Of a stretch of 64,000 nt of DNA, positions 18,361-28,152 are shown one piece after another. The stretch comes from Gemmatimonadota bacterium (GTDB lineage: Bacteria > Gemmatimonadota > Gemmatimonadetes > Gemmatimonadales > GWC2-71-9), in assembly GCA_039588295.1 (NCBI GenBank), contig JBDHAB010000005.1, positions 1-64,000 on the forward strand. The letters run 5' to 3'. Under the pieces are notes generated by a model. That model saw only the letters and a program-made list of their open reading frames with translations. It was not told the DNA's origin and made no database searches. The position numbers and the translations under genes are program-made. Within the stretch, counting starts at the first letter, position 1. Every line of letters starts with the position of its first letter.

Positions 18361-20030
18361 TCCGCCCCCTCATGCATGGGAAGGTCGAGCCCGTGGCGGC
18401 GTGCTGCATCGACGGCCTCGGGATACCCGGCGTCCGCATGGCGCACAATGCCGATCCCGGGATCGTTGTTGAGCACGCGCCCCAATCGCTGCGCCGCCGC
18501 AGGCGTTCCATCCGCCACGATCACCTGACCGGCGTGGAGGCTGTTGCCGATCCCCACGCCACCGCCATGGTGAAACGACACCCACGACGCTCCTGAGACG
18601 GCATTGAGCAGCGCGTTCAGAATCGGCCAATCCGCAATCGCGTCGGACCCGTCGCGCATCCCCTCGGTTTCACGAAACGGAGACGCCACGGATCCAGTAT
18701 CGAGATGGTCACGGCCGATTACGATCGGTGCCGTAATCTCACCACGCGCCACCAATTCATTGATCGCAAGGCCGAACCGCGCGCGCTCACCCATGCCCAG
18801 CCAACAAATCCGTGCGGGTAGCCCTTGGAACGCGACGCGCTCGCGTGCCTTGCGGATCCACCGGGTGAGGACCGCGTCCTCGGGGAACAGCTCCAGCACC
18901 AGGTCGTCGGTCCGATAGATGTCTTCCGGATCGCCGGAGAGCGCGACCCACCGAAACGGCCCACGCCCTTCGCAGAACAGCGGTCGGATATACTCGGGGA
19001 CAAAGCCCGGGATGTCAAAGGCGTCCGCCACACCGGCGTCCTGTGCCTCGGCACGAATGTTGTTCCCGTAGTCGAACGCAACGGCGCCCTTCCGTTGCAG
19101 CTCCAGCATTGCCCGGACATGAGCCGCAATGGACTCCCGCGCCCGGCGAACGTATTCGGCCGGATCGGCAGTTCGCAGCGTCGCAGCTTCCTCGAGCGAT
19201 ACGCCGGCGGGAACGTACCCGTTCAGCGTGTCGTGAGCCGAAGTCTGATCGGTGACTACATCCGGCACCCACCCCCGCTCAGCCATCTCGGGCAGGACTT
19301 CCGCACAATTGCCCAATAGGCCGACGGAGATTGCCGTGCGCGACTCGCGTGCGTTCGACACGAGGCGCCACGCTTCATCCAACGAATCGGTCATGACACC
19401 TAGGTACTTCGTGTCCAGCCGCCGCTGGATGCGGGTGGGATCCACCTCGACGGCGAGAATGGCACCGCCGTTCATCGTCGCCGCAAGCGGTTGCGCACCA
19501 CCCATCCCACCGAGGCCACCGGTGAGGACGACTCGGCCTGCGAGCGAACCGTCGAACCGGCTGCCCGCCACGGCGCCAAACGTCTCGTAGGTGCCCTGGA
19601 GAATCCCCTGGGTTCCGATGTAGATCCAGCTGCCGGCAGTCATCTGCCCGTACATGGTTAAGCCGGCCCGTTCCAATTCCCTGAACGCGTCCCACGTGGC
19701 CCAGCGACCCACCAGGTTGGCGTTCGCGATCAGCACGCGCGGGGCATCCGGATGGGTGGGGAACACACCCACGGGCTTTCCCGATTGGACGAGCAGCGTC
19801 TCACCGTCCGCCAGCCGCCTCAGTGCCGCACAGATGGCGTCGAACGCCTCCCAACTGCGTGCGGCCCGGCCGGTGCCTCCGTAGACGATGAGATCCTGCG
19901 GCCGCTCCGCCACATCCGGATCCAGGTTGTTCATCAGCATGCGCAGGGCCGCCTCCTGGATCCAGCCGCGACACGAAATCGTCGAGCCGCGTGGAGCGCG
20001 CACTTCCCTGCTCGCTGCTGCCGTTGTCAT
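18357..20030 (-). CDS. hutU: Urocanate hydratase
   Basis: [71 protein letters not shown]. Confidence 0.98.
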   Translation of the reverse strand: MTTAAASREVRAPRGSTISCRGWIQEAALRMLMNNLDPDVAERPQDLIVYGGTGRAARSWEAFDAICAALRRLADGETLLVQSGKPVGVFPTHPDAPRVLIANANLVGRWATWDAFRELERAGLTMYGQMTAGSWIYIGTQGILQGTYETFGAVAGSRFDGSLAGRVVLTGGLGGMGGAQPLAATMNGGAILAVEVDPTRIQRRLDTKYLGVMTDSLDEAWRLVSNARESRTAISVGLLGNCAEVLPEMAERGWVPDVVTDQTSAHDTLNGYVPAGVSLEEAATLRTADPAEYVRRARESIAAHVRAMLELQRKGAVAFDYGNNIRAEAQDAGVADAFDIPGFVPEYIRPLFCEGRGPFRWVALSGDPEDIYRTDDLVLELFPEDAVLTRWIRKARERVAFQGLPARICWLGMGERARFGLAINELVARGEITAPIVIGRDHLDTGSVASPFRETEGMRDGSDAIADWPILNALLNAVSGASWVSFHHGGGVGIGNSLHAGQVIVADGTPAAAQRLGRVLNNDPGIGIVRHADAGYPEAVDAARRHGLDLPMHEGAD

Positions 20031-21568
20031 ACCAGTGCCTCCTGGGCAAGCACGGCGGTCACCCGTTCAAGATCTGGCGTCAGCGGGCGATCGGCTTCCA
20101 GCGCCGGGACAAGCTCGCGAATGAGTCCATGGAGCAGCCGCACGCCCCGGCCTGGCTTGAGCGGGTCGCGGAAGTCCAGTGCCTGTGCCCCGGCGATGAG
20201 CTCGCCCGCCACGACCCGTTGGGCATTGCGCAGAATGCGGCACGTCTTGGACGCCGCCGCCATGCCCATTGGTACGACGTCTTCCTGGTTGCCGTCCGTG
20301 GGGATCGATTGCACGCTGGCCGGCGTGCACAGCGACCGCGACTCCCCAACCAAGCTCGCCGCCGTGATCTGCAGCATCATGAGACCCGAGTGGAGCCCAG
20401 CGTTCGGTGCCAGAAACGCAGGCAGTCCCTGAGACAGATCGGGGTTCATCATGCGGTCCACGCGCCGCTCGGCCAGACCCGCGAGGGTGGTCAGCGCAAT
20501 CGCCAACACGTCGTGCGCCATGGCAACCGGCTGGCCGTGAAAATTGCCGCCCGACAGAATCTCATCGCCGAACACCAGCGGGTTATCGGTCGACGCATTG
20601 AGCTCGATGTCGACAATCCCGGCTGCGAACTCGATGGCATCGGCCACGGCACCCAAGATCTGCGGTGTACACCGCAGGCTATAGGCGTCCTGCACGCGCG
20701 GGTCGTTGTCACGATGTGATTCACGGATCTCGCTCGCCGCCAACATCTCACGCAACAACTCGGCGGCGCGTACTTGTCCCGGGTGCGGACGGGCGCGCTG
20801 AATCCGCTCGTCAAACGGAACCGGCGTCCCGAGCAGCGCCTCGACACTCATTGCCGCGGCTCCCACGGCCGTCCGCCAGAGGTTCCGGGCATCGTGCACA
20901 ACGAGGGTCAGGATGGCGGTCTGCGCCTGCGTACCGTTGATGAACGCGAGCCCTTCCTTGGCTTGAAACTCGATCGGCGTCATTCCAGCGTTCCGCAGCG
21001 CGGCGGCAGCCGATACTGTGCCGTCTGCCCCGCCGTCCGTTGCCTGCGCGGCGGAGCCGGGGACCGGGGGCCGGGAGACCTCCCCCCCACCCATCATGGC
21101 ATGGGCGATATGCGACAGCGGCGCCAGGTCACCGCTCGCACCAACACTACCCTGCTCCGGGACGATCGGGTGAATGCCCGCATTGAGCATGTCCGCGATG
21201 TGCCGCACCACGAGGGGACGAACGCCGCTCGTCTCCCGGAGCAACACGTTGGCTCGGAGCAACATCGTGGCGCGTACGACATCCACAGGCAGGGGATCCC
21301 CCACCCCAGCCACATGGCTTACGATCAGGTTGCGCTGCAGCTCGAGCAGTTGGTCCGATGGAATACGCACGTTTGCGAGCCGACCAAAACCCGTGTTTAC
21401 TCCATAGATCGGCCCACCCTCTGCCAGCATCGCCTCCACCGCCTCCCGCGACCGCTCGGCACGCGCCGCCGCCACGGCGCTGACGTCCACCCGCACCTGC
21501 TCCCGCGAAACGGCGACTACGTCGCCAACATGCAGGGAATCGCCCGTGAGCGTGACTGTGTCCGTCAT
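20027..21568 (-). CDS. hutH: Histidine ammonia-lyase
   Basis: [22 protein letters not shown] (MIO triad ASG), [29 protein letters not shown]. Confidence 0.96.
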   Translation of the reverse strand: MTDTVTLTGDSLHVGDVVAVSREQVRVDVSAVAAARAERSREAVEAMLAEGGPIYGVNTGFGRLANVRIPSDQLLELQRNLIVSHVAGVGDPLPVDVVRATMLLRANVLLRETSGVRPLVVRHIADMLNAGIHPIVPEQGSVGASGDLAPLSHIAHAMMGGGEVSRPPVPGSAAQATDGGADGTVSAAAALRNAGMTPIEFQAKEGLAFINGTQAQTAILTLVVHDARNLWRTAVGAAAMSVEALLGTPVPFDERIQRARPHPGQVRAAELLREMLAASEIRESHRDNDPRVQDAYSLRCTPQILGAVADAIEFAAGIVDIELNASTDNPLVFGDEILSGGNFHGQPVAMAHDVLAIALTTLAGLAERRVDRMMNPDLSQGLPAFLAPNAGLHSGLMMLQITAASLVGESRSLCTPASVQSIPTDGNQEDVVPMGMAAASKTCRILRNAQRVVAGELIAGAQALDFRDPLKPGRGVRLLHGLIRELVPALEADRPLTPDLERVTAVLAQEALV

Positions 21569-21575
21569 CCGGCGA

Positions 21576-21581
21576 AATATA
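21576..21581 (-). promoter_or_regulatory. -10 element 7 nt upstream of the hutH ATG (possible leaderless promoter)
   Basis: Minus strand TATATT-tcgccgg-ATG; no SD visible. Confidence 0.45.
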
Positions 21582-21598
21582 GGTGGGGTGGAAGTGGG

Positions 21599-21828
21599 AA
21601 GGGATAAGGGACAGGCGAAAAGTGAGAAGTGAGTAGGAAGACGCGTCTGGCGACAACAGAAAGGGACAGACGGGAAGACGGCGCCGTCGGGCAGGAAGTC
21701 CTGATGTCCTGCGCGCCACGACGCCGTCTCACCCCATCAGGGAGCTTGGTTTCCCCCCGGTCCTTCGCCTTCCCTCCTGTCCCTTATCCCTTACCCCTTA
21801 TCCCTTATCCCTTATCGCTTGCTTATCC
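21599..21828. repeat. Heptamer (CTTATCC)n tandem array plus 17-bp long-range inverted repeat
   Basis: About 7 units of cttatcc/cttaccc at 21776-21828; aagggataagggacagg (21599-21615) is the exact reverse complement of cctgtcccttatccctt (21776-21792). Confidence 0.85.
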
Positions 21829-22989
21829 CTACTTCCGCTTCACGATGATTCCGGTGTCACCCGCCGTGAAGATCCCACCGCCAACCGAGAGCTCCGGGTT
21901 CCCCGGATCCGTCTGGTAACTCCACGAAAAGATCATGTAATTGGTGCCGACGTGGGTGACGTGCACTCCACCAAACCGGGCGAACCCATCACCGCCATCC
22001 ATCTCGAAGACGTAGCCGTACAACGGCAGGGCCGGAATCGCCGCTGGCGAGAAACCCGTTTCCGGTGCGACGTCGATCGAGGTCAGGTCGTCAATCGGCC
22101 CGCTGCCGTACGGCGCCACCGTGGTTCCCGCGCGAATCGGCAGCAGGAAGAAGTTGTCGTTGGCGTCTCGCGTCACGAGGAAATCGATGTCGGTTCCCGT
22201 CGCGCTCACGACTCTGCCAAGCTCGTTTGGACCTGCCAAACCGTCGTTATTCAGATCTTCGAAGAACCGAAAGCCGGCGGAGTCCGTCCTGAACTCAAGC
22301 GCCGTCATGATGACGTTGCGGGCGTCCGGCCGTGGCGTATCGGCACGAATCGGCGACCAGAGGCTCTCGAAGCCCTCAATGCTCTCGGCCGAAACACCGA
22401 AGCAGCGCGGCTGTCCGTTTTCCAGCACTCCAGCCAGAAACTCGGGCGCGACGGTCGTTCCCTCGAGCGACCAGAATTCATCGCACAGGTTGTCATCCAA
22501 CGAGTACGCCGCACTGTAGACACGGTACTGCTTGAAACCTTCGGGAGCCGTGGTGAACGCGTTGTCCGCCCACGCGAGATGGATCGCCCCATCCAGACTG
22601 GTGCTCAGCAACGATGCTGGGCTCTCGAGTCGCAGTCGCTCGTCGACCACCACGGCGTCGCTCGGCGGGCTCTCCACCCCATCGACATTGACGGACACCA
22701 CGTAGTACTCAAGGTCGGGTTGCCCACCGTCGTGGAACGTGTTGGAGGTCGTCTCGCCGCGGAGTCCGAACCCCGCCGCGTTGTCCGGACGCGAGTAGAT
22801 GCGGTAGACCTCAAGGTTCCCATCCTGTACGGCGTCCCAGAACAGGAGAATCCCCAGCGGGAGATCAGGATCTCCACTGGGTTCCAGCTCATAGCCCAGG
22901 TTCTGGGGCGTCTGAACTGGGGGCGCAAGCGGGTCGTCGCAGGCGACGACCGCGAGAGCCACGAGCAATCCGACGGCTATGCGTCGCAT
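21829..22989 (-). CDS. Hypothetical lipoprotein with fibronectin type III-like repeats
   Basis: MRRIAVGLLVALAVVAC lipobox; P.NL...ILLFWD.....YRIY and YYVVSVNVDGVES..S pattern, repeated (IHLAWAD...YRVY...VSAESIEGFES). Confidence 0.75.
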   Translation of the reverse strand: MRRIAVGLLVALAVVACDDPLAPPVQTPQNLGYELEPSGDPDLPLGILLFWDAVQDGNLEVYRIYSRPDNAAGFGLRGETTSNTFHDGGQPDLEYYVVSVNVDGVESPPSDAVVVDERLRLESPASLLSTSLDGAIHLAWADNAFTTAPEGFKQYRVYSAAYSLDDNLCDEFWSLEGTTVAPEFLAGVLENGQPRCFGVSAESIEGFESLWSPIRADTPRPDARNVIMTALEFRTDSAGFRFFEDLNNDGLAGPNELGRVVSATGTDIDFLVTRDANDNFFLLPIRAGTTVAPYGSGPIDDLTSIDVAPETGFSPAAIPALPLYGYVFEMDGGDGFARFGGVHVTHVGTNYMIFSWSYQTDPGNPELSVGGGIFTAGDTGIIVKRK

Positions 22990-23028
22990 GTCAATATCCC
23001 TCGGGCGAGTTCTCGGGGAGCCCAAAAG

Positions 23029-23044
23029 TGCACGGAGCGTGCCG
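23029..23044 (-). promoter_or_regulatory. Putative sigma54 (-24/-12) promoter upstream of the lipoprotein gene
   Basis: Minus strand cGGCACGctccgTGCA = GG-N10-GC, 40 nt before ATG 22989. Confidence 0.5.
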
Positions 23045-23172
23045 CGTCGGTCATATGGTCTAAGCCGTTGTCTAGTAGTCAATTACGTTGCTGCAGCTGT
23101 GCCCCGAAGTGTCACCCATTGGGGACAGACCGGGCACTCGGGCTCGCCTCGGAGGCGCGCGAGGATGCGATG

Positions 23173-26100
23173 CTACCCGCCCTGGCGCACCGTCCGCTGG
23201 TCGTATTGGAGTTTCAGCTCCGGCTGGTCGGTCAGCGAGATGTAGAAGTTGAACGCGAAGTTCCCGTTCGGGGCCTTGAGAAACGCAAACGTGGCGCGCC
23301 AGCGGTGGAGATCGCGGTCGAGTCGAACCACGTGCTGGCCAAACCGGTCGAGCGTGAAGTTGTACTGCGTACTCCACGACACCGACCAATGGCTGGTCGG
23401 TGAGAACCCCAGGGTGAGCCCGACAGTACGGTTTCCAGGGGTCTCGATCAACTCTCCCGCGGCGTCCTGTCGCGGCCGGCTTCGTTGATCGTCGAAGGTG
23501 ACCGATGCCTGAAACCCACGACCTCGCCGCGTGGGCACTTGGTCGAAACTCCGATCCAGCCTCGTGGGTGGTCCGAGCCCGGACCCCAGCGGCATCACGG
23601 GGTCTTCGGGATCGACCACCTCAAGGTCCTCGGGATCGGACGGCGGCGGGGTGTCACCGCCCGTGAGCAACGCGAAGATGGACGCGAAGGTCGCAGCTGA
23701 CAGACTGAACCGAGCCGACAGCGACGTCAGGAACGGGTCGAAACCGGTCGTGTCGAAGCCGACCTGACCGTCCCACAGGTCGTGTGACGTCGAGAACGAG
23801 AACCCTGGCAGCAGATCGCTGGTGAACCGATTCGTGAGACGTTGCGTGGTCCAGCCCGTGCGTCCTGGCTCTTGCGCCTGCTCGAAATCGTACTCGATGG
23901 GCGAGGTCTGAATGCTCAAGAGTTTCCGCTTCTGTGCCTCGCGGCCGCCGGTGGTGTCGCCCTGAGCCGGCCGCATCTTGCCTTCGAACGTCTGCGACAG
24001 CCCCAGGCCAATTCGGTGCAGCGCCGGACTCTCGCGGACAGGGTTCAGCCCGGTCGGATCGAGCGCCCGCGCGTACGCCTCAGGCACCGTCGCGGACGGG
24101 GCAAAGGACCAACTGACCAACGGTGACACGGCGTGACGGATGCGGCTCAGGGGCCCGAACCCGGGGAAGAACCCGAAGAACGTCGGTGACAGACTCGCGC
24201 TGAACGACAACCGTTTCCCCTGCGCCACGAAGTCGCCACCGGAGAAGCGATTCCGGAGCAGGAATGCTCCTCCCGTCGTGTTCCGGATCCCCACCGTCGG
24301 CTGGAGCTTCCAGCTCGACGGAAACAGAATGGGCAAGTTAATGCCCGTATTCCAGTCGATCTCGGTCCGGAAGTCCTCGCTATAGTACCGCGTCACCGAA
24401 TCACCGGGGGTTGCCGAGTCCGGCAGCACGAGCGGTGCCGGTGGCCGAGAAGTCCAGAAATCGGAGACGGTGAAGTCGTTGGCCCAGTTCCACCGACCGA
24501 CCCGAAGCGGGGTACGGAACGACAACGTGGTCGTGCGCGAGTCGATCAGGAGCGTGTCAAAAATTTCCTCACCACCAACTGGAGGCTGGGGAATCGCGAT
24601 TCCCGGGCCTTGGTCCAGGGTTCGTGAGTTCGTAAGCGAGAGCGCTGGTGACCACGTCACGTTCCGCGCGATCGAGATCGGGGTGGGCGTCAGGCTCAGG
24701 CTAGGCAGGGTCTGCGTGGCGGTGCCGTTGCTCAAGTCCTGGGAGTGGTTTCCCCCGAGCGTGACCGTACCCCACGAGAACTGCTTGCTGAAGTTGACGC
24801 GGCTCGAAAGTGTCGCCGTCTGGAGAAACGGGTCCACGGAATTCCGTTGGACCACCCGTGCACTGGTGGCGTAATCGACGTTGGCCGTGAGTCGGGTGCG
24901 TTGGTCAAAGCTCTGCTGGTGATTCCACTGCAGCCGCATCGACCGGCCACCGGGTTGGTCACCCTCGCCGTTCTCGAAGATCCAGGAGGCCGCCACACCG
25001 CCTGAGAGGAACCGGTTCAGCCACCGATAGCGCAGTTGGCCGTTGAACCCCACGTAGTTCCCCGAGAACCAGTCGATGGACGCCTGAAAATCCGTGTATT
25101 GGCTGATGGCGAAGTAGTACCCGATGTTCGAGATGTGGCGGCGATAATTGTCATTCGGGCGCACGAGATCGTTGAATCCGAACCGCGGCACGAGCATGCC
25201 GCTTCGCCGCCCGGGCCGCACGTCCTGAAACAGGAAAGGAAGCCATAGGACGGGAACGTCGCGCACGTACAGCACCATCGGCCGCGCGACCATGATCGTG
25301 TTGGTCACCCATTTCACATTGCCCGCGGTGATGTGATAGTGCGGCGTCGGGTGATCACAACTGGTGATCTCGTTCTTTGCGCCGTATATCCGCGTGGAAC
25401 CGGAATCGACTTCCAGACCGCCGCGCAAATACCACGTGACACCGGACTGCACGAAGCTGGTGAGCGCGCTCGGGACGGTACCGCGGTGCTCACAGGTGTC
25501 GTACCGCATGTCCTCTCCGACGAGCACCGTGCCGGCGTCAAACAGGGTGGGCTTCGGCGTGCCGCCGGCGACGAGGCGACAATCCGACTCCTGGAAGCTC
25601 ACCGTTCCCGCCTCGAGCGTGCTGCCTTCCCGATCGACCAGGGCCGAGCCGACGAGAACGACCTCGCGCCGCTCACCAAAGAGCGTAATGCTGTCACCGG
25701 CGTACCGAGTGATGACGTAGCCGGAGGAGCTGAGCAGCGCCTGAATCACCGAGTCGGGACTGGGGAATCCACGACTGGGTTTGGTGGGCAGGCCGAGGAG
25801 ACGCGCCGCCGCCGTGTCGACCGGCTGAAGGACGCTGTCTCCCTGCACACGGGCAAGCGTGTCGCGCACCGCCACGCTGTCGCGGCGCGGGCGCCGCAGG
25901 CGCTCCTGAGCCTCCGCACCGGCACTGACCACCATGAACAGCAGCACGACCGACGCCGTCCTGCCGATCGTCCCGCCGGCCCGGCGCTTGAGCAGGAGGC
26001 GCGACGTCAGTATGCCGAGCTCGTAGAGCAGCAACAGCGGCCCCGTCATCATGAGCATCGAAAGGGGGTCGGGCGGAGTGAGCATCGCGGCGACGATGCA

Positions 26101-26718
26101 GGCAAGCACGAGCGCAATCGGACGTTGCTTGGCAAACGTCCGGGGAGTCACCACGCCCAGCGTCGAGAACAGCACCATGACGATCGGAAGTTGGAACATG
26201 ATCCCGAACGCCAGGATCATCTGCAGGGCGAATCCGAAATACGCATCGGCCGTGTAGATGTACTCCAAACCGCCAAGTCGCTCCCCGAACGCGGTCAGGA
26301 TGCGAAACACCGCGGGCAGGACCCAGAGGTAGGCCATGAGCACACCCGCCAGGAACAGGCCAAGGCCCGCGATCAGGGTCGGCACGATAAAGCGCTTTTC
26401 GTGCTCATACAGCGCCGGCGCAAGGAACCGCCACACCTGCGCGAAGATCACCGGCGAGGCGAGGATCACGCCGATGCTCAGGGCGAGTTTGAGCGTGATG
26501 ATGAAGGGGTCGGTGGGGCGGGTGACAAACAGCCTCCCTTCCGGGAGGTACGGCGCGATCGGCGCCTTCATGAGATCGAAGATGTCGAACTGCTGCAGCA
26601 GGAAGAACCCCACCACGCTACCGGCGACGAGCGCAGCCAGGCTCCACAGGATACGCCACCTCAGCTCTTCGAGGTGATCCAGAAAGGGCATCTCGCCCTT
26701 GGAGATTTTCGGTCTCAT
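23173..26718 (-). CDS. tatC: Fusion ORF: TatC (aa 1 to about 245) + internal signal-peptide-like segment + LptD-like LPS-assembly outer-membrane protein (aa 271-1181)
   Basis: TatC motifs EMPFLDHLEELRWR, QVWRFLAPALY.HEK, FQLP, TPPDP, LYELGI. LptD-like motifs TSCDHPTPHY, PMVLYVRDVPVLWLPF, RRSGMLVP, GYYFAISQYTD, C-terminal RDLHRW...FNFYISL. One uninterrupted frame. Confidence 0.88.
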   Translation of the reverse strand: MRPKISKGEMPFLDHLEELRWRILWSLAALVAGSVVGFFLLQQFDIFDLMKAPIAPYLPEGRLFVTRPTDPFIITLKLALSIGVILASPVIFAQVWRFLAPALYEHEKRFIVPTLIAGLGLFLAGVLMAYLWVLPAVFRILTAFGERLGGLEYIYTADAYFGFALQMILAFGIMFQLPIVMVLFSTLGVVTPRTFAKQRPIALVLACIVAAMLTPPDPLSMLMMTGPLLLLYELGILTSRLLLKRRAGGTIGRTASVVLLFMVVSAGAEAQERLRRPRRDSVAVRDTLARVQGDSVLQPVDTAAARLLGLPTKPSRGFPSPDSVIQALLSSSGYVITRYAGDSITLFGERREVVLVGSALVDREGSTLEAGTVSFQESDCRLVAGGTPKPTLFDAGTVLVGEDMRYDTCEHRGTVPSALTSFVQSGVTWYLRGGLEVDSGSTRIYGAKNEITSCDHPTPHYHITAGNVKWVTNTIMVARPMVLYVRDVPVLWLPFLFQDVRPGRRSGMLVPRFGFNDLVRPNDNYRRHISNIGYYFAISQYTDFQASIDWFSGNYVGFNGQLRYRWLNRFLSGGVAASWIFENGEGDQPGGRSMRLQWNHQQSFDQRTRLTANVDYATSARVVQRNSVDPFLQTATLSSRVNFSKQFSWGTVTLGGNHSQDLSNGTATQTLPSLSLTPTPISIARNVTWSPALSLTNSRTLDQGPGIAIPQPPVGGEEIFDTLLIDSRTTTLSFRTPLRVGRWNWANDFTVSDFWTSRPPAPLVLPDSATPGDSVTRYYSEDFRTEIDWNTGINLPILFPSSWKLQPTVGIRNTTGGAFLLRNRFSGGDFVAQGKRLSFSASLSPTFFGFFPGFGPLSRIRHAVSPLVSWSFAPSATVPEAYARALDPTGLNPVRESPALHRIGLGLSQTFEGKMRPAQGDTTGGREAQKRKLLSIQTSPIEYDFEQAQEPGRTGWTTQRLTNRFTSDLLPGFSFSTSHDLWDGQVGFDTTGFDPFLTSLSARFSLSAATFASIFALLTGGDTPPPSDPEDLEVVDPEDPVMPLGSGLGPPTRLDRSFDQVPTRRGRGFQASVTFDDQRSRPRQDAAGELIETPGNRTVGLTLGFSPTSHWSVSWSTQYNFTLDRFGQHVVRLDRDLHRWRATFAFLKAPNGNFAFNFYISLTDQPELKLQYDQRTVRQGG

Positions 26719-26745
26719 GTGGAAGACGGCGGGAAGACCCGCGCC

Positions 26746-27513
26746 TCAACGATCGGGATTGCCGAGCTTGGTCCGTGCGAGCTGCGCTTCTTCCGACCGC
26801 GGATAGCCCGCGATCACCCGTTGGTAATACACCTCCGCCGCCCGCTGGTCCCCACGCCGTTCGGCGATGAGCCCCAGCCGGTAGAGTCCCGTCGGAGCCC
26901 TGCGCGAATCGGGATAGTCGCGTACAACCCTCTCGTACGCCCGCGCCGCCGAATCCGGATCGGTCGCTTCCCATGACTCGCCCAGGAAGAACCTCGCGTC
27001 TGCGCTCAGAGGATGGCCCGGGAAATCCTCCAAGAACTTCTGGAATCCGGCCCGCGCCGTGGCCGGGCTGCCGCGCCGCAGCTGCTCCAGCGAGAGATCG
27101 TACAGCTCCTGCGACCCAATCGCTCCGCCCGCCGCCGGGGCCTCCGCGCCGGCGGGGACAGCGGCTCCAGCCTCGCGTAGCCGCGTGTCGACCTGCGCTC
27201 GTAGGTCCGTGAGCCGCTGCTGGCTCTGGCCCGTCAGTTCCTGGATCTGCACGAGCTGTCGCTGCACATCGGTCATGTCGCTGCGGACGTCACCCTGGAA
27301 CGCGGCGAGCCGACGCTGCAGGAGAGCCAGGGAATCGAGCACTTGCTCCTGCTGGGCAAGAATCTGATCGAGCACGACAGCCCGCACCGAATCGGTGCGG
27401 GCTGTCTCCGCTTGCATCTCTTGCAGTCGCTCCTCTACACGCCGCACATCGCCCTTGAGCGCACATGCGCCGAGGGCAAGGGTTGCCGCAGCGAGAAGCG
27501 AGAGCTTCGTCAC
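26746..27513 (-). CDS. cpoB: Tol-Pal system protein YbgF/CpoB (lipoprotein, coiled coil + TPR)
   Basis: LGAC lipobox, coiled coil, LYDLSLEQLRRG...FLEDFP...ARFFLGE TPRs; immediately downstream of pal. Confidence 0.85.
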   Translation of the reverse strand: MTKLSLLAAATLALGACALKGDVRRVEERLQEMQAETARTDSVRAVVLDQILAQQEQVLDSLALLQRRLAAFQGDVRSDMTDVQRQLVQIQELTGQSQQRLTDLRAQVDTRLREAGAAVPAGAEAPAAGGAIGSQELYDLSLEQLRRGSPATARAGFQKFLEDFPGHPLSADARFFLGESWEATDPDSAARAYERVVRDYPDSRRAPTGLYRLGLIAERRGDQRAAEVYYQRVIAGYPRSEEAQLARTKLGNPDR

Positions 27514-28133
27514 ATGCCAGCCGGCTTCACCAACGCGTCTCCGCCACCCGTGATGCCAAACGCGTCGCGACGGTTCGCCGCCCAGGCGTCCTCATTGCTG
27601 CCCGGGTCGACCGGCATCTCCTCGCCCATCGAGCGGACGGTGATCCGCCCATCGGCGATCCCGCGGTCCGTGAGCCACTGCTTGGCCGACAGCGCACGAC
27701 GCATGCCGAGCGCCATGTTGTACTCGTCGGAGCCGCGCTCGTCGCAATGACCGGTGATCTCGATTCGCAGCGCCGAGTTGGCCTGCAGAATGGCCAGCTT
27801 CTGCTGCAGCATGTCGGTGTCTCGGCCCGGACGGATGTCCGACCGGTCGAAGTCGAAGTTGATCACGCTCGAGAGCATGCTGCGGACCTCAGCCGTGATC
27901 GCCGCCGCGCGTCGAGCGGCCTCCGCTCGCTCGCGACGGATGCGCTCCTCTTCCGCACGAGCGCGGGCGATACTGTCTTCGCGCGCGCGGCGCGCCGCTT
28001 CGGCTCGTGCGATCGAGTCACGGATCGCTGCCGAATCCACGGTGGGCATGACCACCTCAGGCTGGCCGCCACCGCACGCCGCGGCAACTACCATCGCGCC
28101 GAGACCCAGTGTGAGTGCGAACTTGAATTTCAT
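27510..28133 (-). CDS. pal: Peptidoglycan-associated lipoprotein Pal (OmpA_C)
   Basis: AAAC lipobox; INFDFDRS, GHCDERGSDEYNMALGMRRA, S.GEE.P, WAANRR. Confidence 0.92.
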   Translation of the reverse strand: MKFKFALTLGLGAMVVAAACGGGQPEVVMPTVDSAAIRDSIARAEAARRAREDSIARARAEEERIRRERAEAARRAAAITAEVRSMLSSVINFDFDRSDIRPGRDTDMLQQKLAILQANSALRIEITGHCDERGSDEYNMALGMRRALSAKQWLTDRGIADGRITVRSMGEEMPVDPGSNEDAWAANRRDAFGITGGGDALVKPAGM

Positions 28134-28152
28134 TGTTGCTCCATGCTAGGGC

